A stretch of 64,000 bases of DNA from Stegostoma tigrinum (taxonomy: Eukaryota), in the NCBI RefSeq assembly GCF_030684315.1, contig NC_081400.1, positions 3,465,795-3,529,794 on the forward strand. Reading direction: 5' to 3'. Under the pieces are notes generated by a model. That model ran no database searches and was not told where the DNA came from. It saw nothing but the letters and a program-made list of their open reading frames with translations. Shown piece by piece: positions 47,002 to 61,041 of this stretch; positions within the stretch are counted from its first letter, which is position 1, and the number at the start of each line of letters is the position of its first letter. Position numbers and translations under genes: made by a program.

Positions 47002-47731
47002 TGTCAGGTTCGTTTTCGGAGACCCTCACGGACTTGTTGCAATAACAGGACACTGGCCTATTTAGAAAAACACAAACCCCTTTATTACCAAGCAAGTACA
47101 AGCTGTGGAGAATCACTGTACTCAACCCGGCACAGAGTGTAAAGTCTCGCAAGTAATTCACCTCGAGCAGCGGACAATCCCCGCTTTTTATACTTCACTA
47201 AGTACACGATACATAAAACAATTTCACATCTCACAATGACATGATACATGAAACAATTATTACAACAGACAAATACAGGATACAAAACAATTATTACATC
47301 AAGAACATAAAAGACCAGGATATAGTATCGATCATTCGTGAAGTGACTGCTAAGCAGGAAACGATTTCAAGTTGTTATCGAGACAGATTGTAATTTCAAG
47401 TTACCGATGTGCCTGGTTCGAACAAAGTCAGTGCCCTGGCCCCTTTGTCAGTGACAGAAGTTACATACTTCAGAAGTCTCACACCTTTACAAATGTTCCT
47501 CACTTAACCTTATTTGAGACAGTTTAACTCTAATTTTATTCAGTCAGGAAGCTTAAGGCAGTGTCTGCATACCGATGTGTGGGAAGATAAGGAGTTACAA
47601 AGTCTTACACCGAATTTCTAGCTGGGCAAGAAGCCTTAGGGCAGTGCTTGCATACATATGAGTAGGGAGGTAGAGGACATTAATTTATAGAAGTATAGAA
47701 ATCAATGGGATGTTATTCCAATAACATCTCA
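47002..47731 (-). mobile_element. Putative solo LTR (730 bp)
   Basis: TG...CA ends; 4-bp TSD AGAT at 46998-47001 and 47732-47735; on minus, TATAAAAA (47185-47192) precedes AATAAA (47081-47086); absent from unit A. Confidence 0.7.
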
Positions 47732-47776
47732 AGATCACCTCTATACACCCACATATACTCATATACTAGTATGTAG

Positions 47777-47915
47777 NNNNNNNNNNNNNNNNNNNNNNNN
47801 NNNNNNNNNNNNNNNNNNNNNNNNNNNNNNNNNNNNNNNNNNNNNNNNNNNNNNNNNNNNNNNNNNNNNNNNNNNNNNNNNNNNNNNNNNNNNNNNNNNN
47901 NNNNNNNNNNNNNNN
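47777..47915. other. Assembly gap
   Basis: Run of N. Confidence 1.
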
Positions 47916-49180
47916 TCTTCCACACACACAATTAGACACATGCTCTCACTCACACATGGGCATTTTCTCTCTCCTTTCATAAGCTCTCACGCACTGTCTC
48001 TCACAAACACATTCACTTCTTCACACACGCTCACACATTCTGTTTCCTATGTACTCCTTTAACTCCTATCTCTAACGTTTACTTACTCTAACTATCTCAC
48101 AATCGCTCTCTCGTACACATTCACACTTTCTCTTTTTCACAGTGTCATTGTCTCTCTCTCTCTCACACACCCGTTTTACATTTTACCCAATCTCTCTCAG
48201 CTGTCCCCTTTCTCTTACACACACTTTCACTTTATCACACACTCTCATTCCTTCACATACTCTTTGCATATAATCACACATACCGTTTCCCTCTCTTACA
48301 CACACTCTCTCAATTCTCCCTTTCTCTGACACACACCTGCTCTAACTCTCTCTCGTATACTCCCTCACACTTTCGCACTTTCACTTATTCAGACACTCAA
48401 TCCTTCACATACTCACACTTTCATAGATATATTCTTTCTTTTATGTTCTCTCTCTAGCTTCCCACATCCTTTCTTTGTCACTTGTGCATGAGCCTCTCCA
48501 TCTCTCTTACACATACACCCTCTTGCTCACGAATACTTTCACATTTTCACACACTTTCACTCCTTCACACATTCTCACTCATACACATTCACACTCTATT
48601 TCTAACTCCCTCTCTCTTACACATGCTCTCTAATTCTCTCACACTCATTCTCTCATGCACATTCACACTTCCTTTCACATGCTTACTCTCACTCTCACAC
48701 TTTCTATCATTTACATACTCTCTCTAATCTAACACTCTCTCTCTTACAAACCCTCTTTAACTCGCTTTCTCACACATGCCTCTCTCCTTCACACATACTT
48801 TCACTTTTTCACTCCTTTTTACACTCTCACTCAGGCATAAATATTAACACAAACACTCTCACAACTTCTTTCTCTTTCACAGTCTCTTTTTATTCCCTCC
48901 TCCCGGCACAAACCGTCTCTATCTCTCTCAGAAACATCCTTACGATCTCACATACACATTCATTTTCTCACACTCACACCCTCTTCGAGTAACACATGCA
49001 TATTCACGCAATCACACTTCCTTTCTTACACACACGATCTCTAACTCTTTCTCACACACACATACACCCACACTTCACTCTTTTACACACACCGTCACTC
49101 CAACTCTTCCTCTTTCACGTTAGAAGGCATTCCCTTACTCTCATACACTTGTTCATTTTCACACAATTTCTTTCGCACAC
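47916..49180. repeat. CA/CT-rich low-complexity tract
   Basis: Seen directly; shorter equivalent at 13020-13530. Confidence 0.85.
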
Positions 49181-49340
49181 ATGTTCAGAAACCAGTGCAA
49201 GACGATACAGTCTCACGATACAGAGTAGGCCATTTAGGCAGAATGACATTGAGAAAGAGGTTGAGCCATGTTGTATCGAATGGCAGAGCAGCCTTGATGG
49301 GCCAAATGCTCTAGTGATCTCATATTGTCCCCATGTTTTC

Positions 49341-49510
49341 NNNNNNNNNNNNNNNNNNNNNNNNNNNNNNNNNNNNNNNNNNNNNNNNNNNNNNNNNNNN
49401 NNNNNNNNNNNNNNNNNNNNNNNNNNNNNNNNNNNNNNNNNNNNNNNNNNNNNNNNNNNNNNNNNNNNNNNNNNNNNNNNNNNNNNNNNNNNNNNNNNNN
49501 NNNNNNNNNN
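49341..49510. other. Assembly gap
   Basis: Run of N. Confidence 1.
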
Positions 49511-49641
49511 ACAACTTCTACATCGATCTAAGGTGGACACCAAATTTCAACATAGTTAGAGTTTTATTTTATAATTATCCAGAAGTTTGTCTCTTTATCT
49601 CCGTTATACATGTGCATAACAATCCTGAGGCTAAATTTGGA

Positions 49642-49960
49642 TGGCACGTTGGCTCAGTGGTTAGCACTGCAGTCTCACAGCACCAGGGACCCGGGTTCGA
49701 TTCCCACCTTGGGCGACTACCTGTGTGGAGTTTGCACATTCTCCCCATGTCTGCGTGGGTTTCCTCCGGGTGCTCTGGTTTCCTCCCACAGTCCAAAGAT
49801 GTGCAGGCTAAGTGGATTGGCCATGCTAAATTGCCTGTGGTGTTCGGGGGTGTGTGGGTTATAGGGGGATAGGTCTGGGTGAGATGCGTCAAGGGGCAGT
49901 GTGGACTTGTTGGGCTGAAGGACCTGTTTCCACACTGTAGGAAATCTAATCTAATCTAAA
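49642..49960 (+). mobile_element. HE1-type SINE, near full length
   Basis: TGGCTCAGTGG, GGTTCGATTCC, conserved core and (TCTAA)3 tail. Confidence 0.9.
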
Positions 49961-50645
49961 TGTTTTGCAAGGGACAACCACAGGTAAGAGCAGAGAGTGA
50001 TGAGGAGAGAATGGACAGTTTTGGTCTATACGTACCAGTGTTTAGAAGAAAGAGAGGAGAACTATTTGGGGAATCCAAGATGCTGAATGGGATTAATAAA
50101 ATAGACATAAAGAGGATGTTTCCTGAGATGAGATCAGACATGATGGTGCTGTATAGTTAAACGGGCTGGATGTGCTGAATGACCAGCTCCTGACCCAGAA
50201 CTTACATTCTAATGAGCCTTCCTTCAGAGACTAGACAACCTTGCAAAGCCTGGGTGTCTTTAACCAGAACAGAAACTGCTGGGGTTAAAGTTGGACCACT
50301 GCCTGTCTCAAGGCATGAACCCCACACACTTTAACTAGCCCTTTCTGAAGGCAGTTGACAGCATAGCATCGAGATGGCCCCTGTCACCTCCAACTTCACC
50401 ACTATTAACGAGACAACGTAAGGGTATCTGATGGTGATCAGATCAACAAAGGGGCTGAATGGTCTACTTCCACTCATGCAACCTTTTGCCGTGGAATGAG
50501 GAAATTTGGACTTTCGAGGGCACACCAATCCACAAACGAGCACAGCTCCGCCCCCGCCCCCTCCCACACACAGGAAATCCACCTAACCTAAATAACCCTG
50601 GACACTAAGAGGAATTTCAATGGGCCAAACCATCTACCCTCCGCA

Positions 50646-51120
50646 TAGATCATAGAATCCCTAAGGTGTGGAAATAGGCCGTTTGGCCAAACAAGTCCAC
50701 ACCAACCCTCAGAGCTTTCCACCCAGACCCATCCCCTGGTAACCCATCTAATCTACACATCCCTGGGCAGAATGGGCAATTAAGCATAGCCAATCTAATA
50801 AACTTGTACATCTTTGGACTATGGGAAGAAACTGGAGCACCCGGAGGAAACCCCGTGCAGACACAGGGAGAATGTGCAAACTCCACACAGACAGTCACCC
50901 GACGGTGGAATTGAACATGGGTCTCTGGCACATTGAAGCAGCAGTGCTAATCACTGAACCACTGCAACAACCCATGTTTGGGCTGTGGGAGGATACTGGA
51001 GGGAACTCATGCAGACGGGGAGAATGCGCAATTCTGCACAGACGGTAACCTAAGGCTGAAATGAACCCGAGTCTCCGGTGCTGTGAGATAGCAGTGCTGA
51101 CCACTGAGCCTATATGCCGT
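50646..51120 (-). mobile_element. HE1-type SINE plus a second partial copy
   Basis: Reverse-complement similarity to 49642-49960. Confidence 0.8.
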
Positions 51121-51989
51121 GCAGCTGCTTGATTCTGCTCCTACTTCTGATTACCCTTCCATATCGAAAATGTAGACATTCACGAGTATACATTCCTGGT
51201 CAACTGCTACTGGGGATAAAGATTTTTCAATTACCTCAGATTCAATCCTGAGATGGTGTGAATGTTAGATTGAAATCAAAAAGAAATAATGAACTGAATC
51301 ATTGGAGTCAGTGTCGGAGATGAACTGGGTTTCACTCTGTATCAGGAAGCTGCATCGAAAAGAGGAAGCAAAATCTGAGCAGCAAGACAGTGCACTGAAT
51401 GTGTCCATGGCTGCCTTCTTGCTGTTCAGTGACTGTGCAGTGGTAGAACTCACTGGCCACGTTTCAGATCACCTCAAGCCAAATCGTGGGGGTGGAGTCA
51501 GGCCGTCTGAGCAGTTTCACATCTCCTGCTCTCGCCAACACAGCATTCACTGTATGTTCAGCACTGCAACTGCACTCACTCAGGGTTGAATACGGTTGGA
51601 TGGGGTGTGCTGGGCACATTGCAGGAAGTCTGTTCAGAATGCTTGTTATGCTCACTTATGTGGCTATTATCTGGATCAAGTTTGAACGAAAGTAGACACA
51701 CGGGAAATATCAGTGCAGTGCAAAGATTACACATATAATTTCCTGCGAATGTGTTTGGAGCCCAGTGTAAGCATTTACTGGAGTTGGGCAATATCATCAT
51801 CTCTGCCACAGGGTGGCACAGTGGCTGATACATATCCTCCACACAATGCTTGGGTCACGCTGTCACTCATACATATCGTGCTCCCTGCAAATGGATTGTG
51901 CCATAACTTATATAGATGGTCCACACACATTCATCTCTGCCCCTAGGTGACAATATGGTTTTGAGCTATTCACTTATTGTCCCTTAGAT

Positions 51990-52670
51990 TTTCTATGATT
52001 TGATTTATTATTGTCACATGTACTGAAGTTAAGCGAAAACTTTGGTTCTGCATACAGGACAGGCAGATCATGCCATATAAAATGTGTTAGGGCAATTAAA
52101 CAGAGCGAAGAACAGAATGCTACGGCTGCAGAGAAGGTACAGGAGATCGACATCAATGTTAAATTTTCAATTTGAGAGATCCATTCAGAAGTCTAATAAC
52201 AGCAGGGAAGATGTTCTTGAATCTACTTGTGCCTGTGCTTTAGCTTTTGTATCTTCTTCGTGATGGGAGCAGTTGCAAGATGTTATAACCGAGCTGGGAG
52301 TGGTTTTTGATTATGTTGGCTGCCTTTCAGAGACAGTGAGAAGTACAAATTATGTCAATAGATGGAAACTTGGTTTTCATGATGTACTGGGCTGTGTTCA
52401 CAACTTTCAGTTGTTTTTTACGGTCCTGGGCAGAACGTTTGTCATACCAAACCATGATCTGTCTGGATCAAATAGTTTTTACTGCATCTATAAAAGTTGA
52501 TAAGAATCTTTATAGGCATGCCAAATTTCCTTATTCTCCTGAGGACGTGGAGCCTTGTCTTTTCTTGACAGTATAATCAACGTCGTTGGAACAGGACAGA
52601 CTGTTAGTGATCGTCACTGTTAGGAACTTGACGCTTTCAATCATATCTGCCTCAGCACCATTGATGTAGG
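51990..52670 (-). mobile_element. Degenerate Rex1/Babar-like LINE fragment, unit B copy
   Basis: Colinear with 15540-16210. Confidence 0.6.
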
Positions 52671-53340
52671 AAGATATATTAGAAAGTATGTTGTCTTAAT
52701 ACTCCTGCTCAATTTTGAAATGGAATAAATGGAAATTACATAAGTAAAGGTCATCACCTGTACAAGAGTCTTCAAACACAGCTCCAGGGCATCCGTAAGG
52801 TGTCCATGAGGACTTCCCACTGCTGGAGTCCATGCTTCAGGCATATGATATCCAGGTATGTCCACTCCCTGTATTGTCTACGCATCAGGCACCCATCACT
52901 GCCACCAAGAAATGCTTTCTCGGCACCACCACCGCAAAGGCCAATGACCCACTGAGCTCCACTGTGAATGATGACCAGCTGAGTCTGGTGTTTGCAACAC
53001 AAATGGGGATTGCATTCTTTTCCCCTAACCCGACATGGCCACAGTTTTTCACTGTTTTCACTATGTGAATGACATCTATCCTAAACCTAATGGCACGTGG
53101 TGCTGTGACTGATATATATCCTCATCTCGGCTGCTGGGAGTTCCAAGAACTACTGTGAATTGTGTATACACGCCCATCTCCACGACAGGTGCACTGTATA
53201 ACTAATATTTATTCTCATCACTGCTGGTCATTCTCAGCATTGCTGCTAGGAGGCGCTATGAATGATGTATATCTTCCTTTCTACCACTGGGGAACGCTGT
53301 GACTGGACTTGTTTTCTCCCAGACTAATCACTTTGCTTAC

Positions 53341-53517
53341 ATCAGAGATGCTGGAGAATCTGAGATAACAAGGTGTAGAGCTGGATGAAGACAACAAGTC
53401 AAGCAGCATCTTAGGAGCAGGAAAGCAGAAGCAGAAGCTTTCCTGCTCCTGAGATTCCTGCTTCTGAGATTCTGCTTGGCCTGCTGTGTTCATCCAGCTC
53501 TACACCTTGTTATCTCA
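53341..53517. mobile_element. Penelope-derived hairpin lacking the hammerhead core
   Basis: Inverted arms GAGATAACAAGGTGTAGAGCTGGATGAA and TTCATCCAGCTCTACACCTTGTTATCTC. Confidence 0.75.
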
Positions 53518-54099
53518 CTTGACTTACACGTTCCTTTAAGTCTGCTTTGAGTGCCTGTGTCATCTCAAATTATAACTGCTGCAAATTTTACCCCATCCAG
53601 CTGGTTCAAGAGCAAGGCCATTGAGCGAGTCTAGGACTTTGCTTGTAACGGCACCTTCCTAGGGATCATCAGTTGCAGCTGGACTGTTAAGTCAACAGTT
53701 TTGATGAAGACATCAACTTCTCCTGCCCTTCCAAGCCACTGAATTACAAGGTAGAAAATCTGCATGTTCCAACTCACAATGACCGGAATAAATACTCTTC
53801 TTTTGCAAATACCTTCCCCTTGAATTACAGGGGAAGTTGTATCTGCCCTGACGGTCCTTATTGACGGTCTTTAGGACAACAAGGTCGCACTTCGTAACAT
53901 GTTTGTCCACTGCCAAGCTTAGCTGCCAGGCTCTAATATCTTCAACTGCAGTCATCTGTTATTCGATGGAGCTACTGGATCTGTGGAAGGTGCAGATCCC
54001 TGGACCGATACAAACAGCATCACTGGTCTCCGTTCTGCTGCAAGACCGTGGATGCAACATTTCAGTCTGTCTCACTTCCTCAACCTGTCAATCAGGCTC

Positions 54100-54900
54100 A
54101 CCCCATCCACAAACCCCGCCCCCCTTCCTCAATCTCAAACGCTTTCTCTGTTACCATACCTCCCTCTGTACCATCTCTCCGACTGACTTTCTGTCACACT
54201 CTCCTCTTATCCACTCATACTCTTCCTCTTTCTCTGACTCTACCCTCCCTCACTTGCCCTCTCACTCCTCTGTCTCTCACTGTCCTCTCTCTCTCTCTCT
54301 CTCTCGCTCTCCCTGCTTCCTTCTCTTAAACTTTCTTTTCTCTCCTTCCTTTACTATCTCTCTCTGTCCACTTTGTCTTCCTCTCTGTCTCACCCCACCG
54401 CACCCACCCACCCCTCATGCATTCTGTTTTGGTCTCTCTCGCTCTTATTCTTCTCTTACTCTCCCTCTCCCAAACTTTTCCACACCTCCACCTCCTCTAA
54501 CTCATGCTCTGTCTCTGTGTCACCTCTCTCAGAACCTGCTCTCCCTCTGACTCTATGCCTCTTTTTTCTCTGATGTTCTCTATTACACTGTGTCTGAAAC
54601 CCTTTCTTTTGCACCTTCCTTCTATCTATCTCTGCCCCACCCTCTGTTTTTCTGGCCTTCTCAGTCTCTCACAAGCTCTCCCTTCCCCTACCTCCATCCC
54701 TCTCCGCGCCTCTTTCTTTCTCTCTCTCTCTCTCTGTCTCCTCTCTCCCTGTCACTCCTCCCCTCCCTCTCCCTCACAGTCTTATTATATCTTACACTGC
54801 CTCGATCACGCTCCACCACTTCACTCTCGATGCCTCCTTCTCTGTCTTGCAACTTCTTCCTGACTGCAGCCTCCAAATATGCCATTGCCATTGCCAACTT
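54100..54900. repeat. Pyrimidine-rich low-complexity tract
   Basis: Equivalent to 17400-17673 + 23230-23760, which confirms the Penelope/Tx1 nest is an insertion specific to unit A. Confidence 0.8.
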
Positions 54901-57069
54901 CCTATCTCCTTCTTCCACATGTGTTGAAACTGAGGCACGTTGCACCCAGTGTTGTCATCATACTCCAGTCACTCTCCTCATGACTTGAGTTCTGTAATTG
55001 TATCTAGCTTCCCATGTGGTACTGAATGAGTGCAACACTATCAGGCGTGTCATCAGATAGGCCCCAGGACATTTAAACCCAGGTACAAGTATTTGGCTGC
55101 TGGGGAACAAAGTGGAGCTGCAGGAAGCGGGGGATATCTCCAGCACAGCCAATGCATATCCGAAAACCAATGGCCCCTTGGTTGACATTGGGGTCGGAGT
55201 TGGCCTCCTGGTGATATCACAGGACTAGCAAAGCAGAGGTCAAGGAACTTAGCACACAGGTTTAAATTCCACCACAGGATTAATCAACCCCTTGATCAGT
55301 AAATTTAGTCTGATCGACAGTGATGGTGACAGCTACCATTGGTTGTCGGGGAATTCACAAACGGGGAAAGAAATACGTCTTCCTTATCCTAATATGGGCG
55401 TACACATAATGACAGACCCACACAGCAATGTGGGGGAAGGTTGACTTGGAATTGCACTTCGAGCAAAGTGGGCGACAATTATGGAGGGCAGTGGATTCCG
55501 AGATCAGTTCACTATGTGCTATGCCAACTGTGTGTGGATCAAATATGTGAATGAGTCCAAACAACTTTCCTGCTGGCTTGTTCTGGAGGGCTTTTAACCT
55601 GGCCGTGTGTTCATTGCCACGTCAGTGATAATGAGTATGTATCACCCTCTCGCCCTCATTGCAATCCTTTTAACTCAAATGTACACATTCCCTCCACTTT
55701 GCACTCTCTTTCCTTCCAAATGCATATAGACTCTCTCTCTTTTCCTCGCACCCATCAATGTACAATTCTCTCACACTGGATGGAAAAGCATGGGCAAGCT
55801 ATTCAACTGTGGGTTCCAACATGATACAACCCGAATTTGCGCTGCCCGTGCTCCACCATAATATGGGCGATGAGATGCCGAGTCGGAGCCCTCACTGGTT
55901 CAGGCTGCTCGGCTGTGGGAGCCGTCAACCTGCAATCTAACAGTGGCCTCTGGCATACCATGGTTCAGATAGTGTGCTGAGGGTTAGCATTTCATTTGCG
56001 CAGTATGTCGATAGAGGTAAGTTATGAGTCGCCTGGGAGCATGCCACTGTTCTACAGTGGAAGCTGTCAACATAGTTCATTTGGTGCGATCAGGGTCAGC
56101 GTTTCGCTTGTTACATCAGGCAATGAAGCTGGAGAGGTGGGGCAGGCAGTGAGCTGCTTGATTGTGGGACCTGTCAACTTGTGGCCTCCACTCCGACTTT
56201 TGCAGCTCAGTTAGTGTATTAAGGGTCAGGGTCATGTTTGTTCTGTCAGTAGTTGGTGACAGTGGGGTGGGAGGGGTGTGGAGTAATTTGTTCGACTGTG
56301 GGAGCTGTCAACCTGAAGCCTGACACTGTTCCATCACAGTCGGGATGATGAGGAGAGAGGGATTGGGTCCTTGCTATGGAAGAGTTATGAGGCATAACGC
56401 GTACCAAATACAGTAGGCTGCATGTAACGACTGGTGGATTGTATCAAATAGTGCATCCTGTTGGATTTAACCAAAACATAGAAAAATAAACCAACTCAAT
56501 AAACATGTTCACCACAGACAACACGATACTTAACTTCAAATGTGCTTCCAAAATGAGTAGAACTGGTTCAATAATCCCAACTGAACCACGAATTACATGA
56601 CCAGTAATTTTGTTTTATCAGTTGGGCTTGGCAAGTGGTTCACTTAGGCATCCTCGCTCCACACATGCACCTAGGAAGGGAACTGTTCACTGCAGGAATG
56701 CCTCTACTACCCTTGGACAAACATCTGCTGCCTCTTAATCAGTCCCCACAGAGGGACAGTTACATATGATTTTATCAATGCTCAGACATTGGACATTGTT
56801 ACAAATTAAACATAAGCACCAGGATATAGTTCCACATCCTCGCTGCTCTGTCTGAAAAAAGAAATGATTCTGTAGAGATAGGCGTTCACTCAAATCTTCA
56901 AATCGGCCGTTTAATCAAAACTCGAGTTTATCTTGTGTTTCAACTCTTTCAATCCGCTTGTATATTTTCAGAAAAGTTTAATCTCCTTACCCAACACAAT
57001 CAGTGCAATAAGTAGGTTTGGGGTGGTCAAGCAGTGTTGCTCACAAGCTAAACTGGATCATATAAATCC

Positions 57070-57790
57070 TGTGGCTTCAAGGGCAGGGTAAAGCTGGGAA
57101 TTTTGCAGCCAGTAACTCATCTCCTGACTGTTCACCATCGACAAGGTACAAGTCAGGAGCATGATAGAATACTCCCCATTGCCTGGTTGGCGCAGCTCCA
57201 AAAGGACTGGAGAAGCTCGACACCATCAAGAATAAAGCCCGCTCGATTGGCACTGAATCCATAAACATCCACACCCTCCACCATCGACGGTCAGTTGCAG
57301 TGGTGTGTACAACATATTGGACAAAGTGCAGCAAGTCATCAATAATTCTTAGACAGCATCGTCCAAACCTACAACCTTTATCCCCCAAAAGGACAAAGGC
57401 AGCAGATATTTGGAAGCACCAATACCTGGAGGATCCCCTCCAAGCCCCAAATTCTAACTCCGAAATGTATCTGCCATGCTGTCTCTGTGGCTGGATCAAA
57501 ATCCAGGAACTCCCTCCCTCACAACACTAGGGGTGACCCTACGCCATATGTCGACTGCAGTGGTTGAAGTAAGAGGTTCATCATCTCTGTCTCAAAGAGG
57601 AGCTAGCATTAGATAATAAAACATTGCCCAGCCAGCCTAGTAATGCACAAATCTCCTGAAATAATAAAGCAAAATAACCGAAACGTCAGCTTCTGTGCTC
57701 CTAAGATGCTGCTTGGCCTGCTGTGTTCATCCAGCTCCACACTTTGTTACCTCGGATTCTCCAGCATCGGCAGTTCCCATTATCTCTAAG
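57070..57790 (+). mobile_element. Old LINE 3' fragment followed by a Penelope-type terminal fragment (57678-57787)
   Basis: Decayed ...CAAGTCAGGAGCATGATAGAATACTCCCC... LINE-like coding remnant; then CCGAAACGTCAGC...CAGTTCCCATTATCTCT, matching the 17032 family. Confidence 0.55.
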
Positions 57791-58389
57791 AAAAAAAAAA
57801 TAATGTTGACTTTGAAAAAAATTGCTGTGCAAAAACTGATTACCATATTGCAATCCTCACAGCAGTAACCACACTACTAAAAGTAACTCATAGGTTCTAC
57901 AATTGAACTAGCGCGATGGGAGGTGGGAGAGATGGATAATTCGTATTTTTAGCACAGCGAGTTGTTGTGATCTGTGAGGCGGTGCCTGAGAGGGAGGAGA
58001 ATCAGCAGGATCTTTCAAGGGGTGGAGGTGATTGTGATCAGAGGCATAGTCAAACTTAGGGAGAAAGGCACGATGCTAATTTGAGAAGTGTTCTGAACAG
58101 CCAGCACAGGCGTGGCAGGCTGCAGGGCCTGTCCCTGTATTGATCCTGCGAAAACCCACAGCGTGGCCTCAGAGGTCTGGATATATAAATTTCACCCCCA
58201 CCACACTCGCTCCTGAAACCGTTCACGGATGTAACTTCGCACATTTCAATCTCCTTCAACAAGCACATTCGGTTGATGTGTTCTTTAGCAACAATCCAAC
58301 AGTTCTTGAAAGAGAAAATCCATAGGATTTCACTGGAGCCTTTCAGGGATTTTTGAAAGCCCTTTACATCAATTAAAGGCTTCTTCAAG

Positions 58390-60855
58390 GCTGGAGGAGG
58401 GTATAGAGATAAGTTGGGATGTAGGAGCTGGAAGAGGTTGCAGAGATAGGCACTGGTGTAGGGGATGGAGGGAGCGAAGAAATAGCGTGGGGTGTAGGGG
58501 ATGGAGGAAGTTACAGAGATAGGGGCGGCTGTGGAGGCTGTTGGAGGTTACAGAACAAGATGTTTAGGGGGCTGAAGGAGGTTACAGAGAAAGGAAGGAG
58601 CATAGGAGTTGGAGTTGGTTACAGGGATAAGTTGTGAGTAAGGCCTTGAGAAGGTTACAAAGGTAGAGAGGGCGTAGGTTTCAGAGGTGGTCACAGAAGC
58701 AGGGAGAGGTGCAACAGCTGTAGGATGTCACACAGATAGGGTGAGGTTTAGGGTCTGAAGGAGGTTACAGAGATAGGAAGTGGCATAGAAGTTGGAGGAG
58801 GTGGCAGAGATCAGGGGTGGTGTCATCGCTGGAGGATGTTGTAGATATATTGAGTGCTGGGCAGCTGGAAGATGTAAAACATTTGGGAGTTGTATAGGGA
58901 CTTGAAGATGTGAAAGAGTGCAGGAGGTATGTAGGGGCTGGAAGAGGTTACAGATATCATTTACGGTGTAAGGGTTTTGAGAGGGTACAGAGATAGGTAG
59001 ATGTTTAGGGGCTGGAGGAGGTGACACTGATAGGGAGGGATGTAGGGGCAGAAGGAGAGTACAGAAATAGGGAAGGGCATATGAGCTTAATGAGCTCACA
59101 GAGATGGAGAGGAGTGTAGGGGCTGAAGCGGGTTATAAATACATTGAGAGTTGAGGGAGCTGCAGGAGGCCATATGGCAGGGAGTGGCATAGTGACTTCA
59201 AGACATGACAGAAGTAAGGAGAGATGTAGGTGCTGGAGGAAGTAACAGAAATCAGGAGGGGTATAAAAGTTCAAGCAAGTTACAGAGAGGAGAAATGTTG
59301 TACAGAATGGAGAAGGTGGCAGAGATAGGGAGGAGGTTGAGCTGGTAAAAATTTGCAGTGAATGGTTCGATGCAGTCGCTGGTAGAGGTGAATAAGATAA
59401 GGAGTGGTGTCAGAATGGATGGGGTGATAGAGATGGTGAGGAATGTGGGGGATGGAAGAGGTTACAGAAACAGAGAAGCATGTTGGTGCTGCAAGAGTTT
59501 GCAGAGTTAGCGAGACGCCTGGGTGCTGGAGGAGATAGCAAAGATAGGGAGGGTGTGTAGATGTTCGAGCAGGGTGACGAGACAGAGAGAGGTGTCTGGA
59601 TGGAGAAGGTTCTAGAGTTAGGGTGAGATTTAGGAGCTGGAAGAGATGACACAGATAAGGAGGTGTGTGGTGTTGGGAGGAAGTTGCAGGCATAGGGAGG
59701 TACATAGGGGATAAAGGAAGTGGCAGAGATATGGAGGAAGTGGAGACAGGAGATGGTTGCAGTGAGGTGGAAGCATGTCGAGACTGGAGGAGAGGACGGG
59801 GTTGGAGTGGGGTACAGGGGCTGGTGAACGGTATAGAGGTAGGGAAGATGGAGACAGAGGGGTATATGAGCTGGATATAGTTTTAGAAATAAATAGGGAG
59901 GGTATTGGAGATGTAGGAGGTAACCAGGACAGGGAATGGCGTAGTGTCCAGTGGACATTGCAGAGGTAGGGAGATGGGTATTGAATGGTGAGGGTTGCAA
60001 AGCCATGGAGAGGTGAAAGGCCTTGTGGAGGGAAGAGTGAAAGGAGTTGAGGTAGTTACAGAGATAGGAAGGTGTTTATTCACTGGAGGAGCTGACAGCA
60101 ATAGACTCATCTAGGGATTCAAGGAGCTGGCAGAGATGGGTAAGGAACCAAAGGAGGTTACAATGATAAGGAGAGTTGGTGGGGCTTCAGGAAGTGAAAG
60201 GAAATGCAGAGCAATTTTTAAAATCCATTCACAGGACGCCAGCGTTACTGTTTAGGCCAGCATTTCTTGCCAATCCTTAATTTCCCAGAGGACATTATAC
60301 ATCAACCACATCGTTGTATTTCTGGAGTCACATGTAGGTAAAGGCGATAGTTTCTTCTCCAAAGGACATCAGTGAACCAGAAGAGTTCCACGTGGCAATT
60401 GAAAATGGATCCATTGTCATGATTAGGCTTTTAAATCCAGATTTTTATGAAATTTAAATCCCACCATCTTCCATAATGAGACTTGAACCCTATTCCCCAG
60501 AACACCATCTGACCGGGTGGTGATAATTCAACTAGGCCACCACCTCACCAGACATGACGGCTGGAGTAGGTTACAGAGATGGTGAGAGGTGTAATATCTC
60601 GAAGAGATAGAGAGAGAATGGCTGGAGGGGCTAGCAAGTGTTACTGACAGACCGATGGAGATTAGAGGGTCAAGCAAGAGTTCAGGGGCTGGAAGTTGTG
60701 ACAGAGATAGGGAGGGTTGTATGTGTTGGAGGAGGTTACAGAGATAGGGAGGTGTGTAAGGGCTGAGAAGGTTACAGGGATAGGGAGAGGTGCAGAAGCC
60801 TGAGCAGATAACAAAGATAGGGAAGAGTGTAGGGAGCTGGATGAGTGAAAGCTGA
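58390..60855. repeat. G-rich 37-bp satellite, copy C (minus-strand SacSINE1-type SINE at about 60220-60550)
   Basis: Period readable directly: ACAGAGATAGGGAGG at 60701 and 60738. Confidence 0.85.
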
Positions 60856-61041
60856 TGTGAGATCCAGTTTGGTGCTCAAGTGCTGGGGAACGGGAGTGAA
60901 ATGGAGAACAAAAGAGTACAGGAGATAAACAGCAGGAGTTCAGTTTGGTTACTTCGAATATCATGGCCCTGTTTCGTTACAGGTGTGTCACGTCTGAGAA
61001 GGTGAGAGTTTGACGGCGCCTCTGCATTTTCTCTCCTACTT

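Noticed and set aside
49642-49712. tRNA genes
   Set aside because: The A/B boxes are SINE heads that continue into SINE body and tail; no complete cloverleaf is evident.
53861-54988. Long Ser/Leu/Pro-rich ORFs
   Set aside because: Stop-poor polypyrimidine low-complexity DNA.
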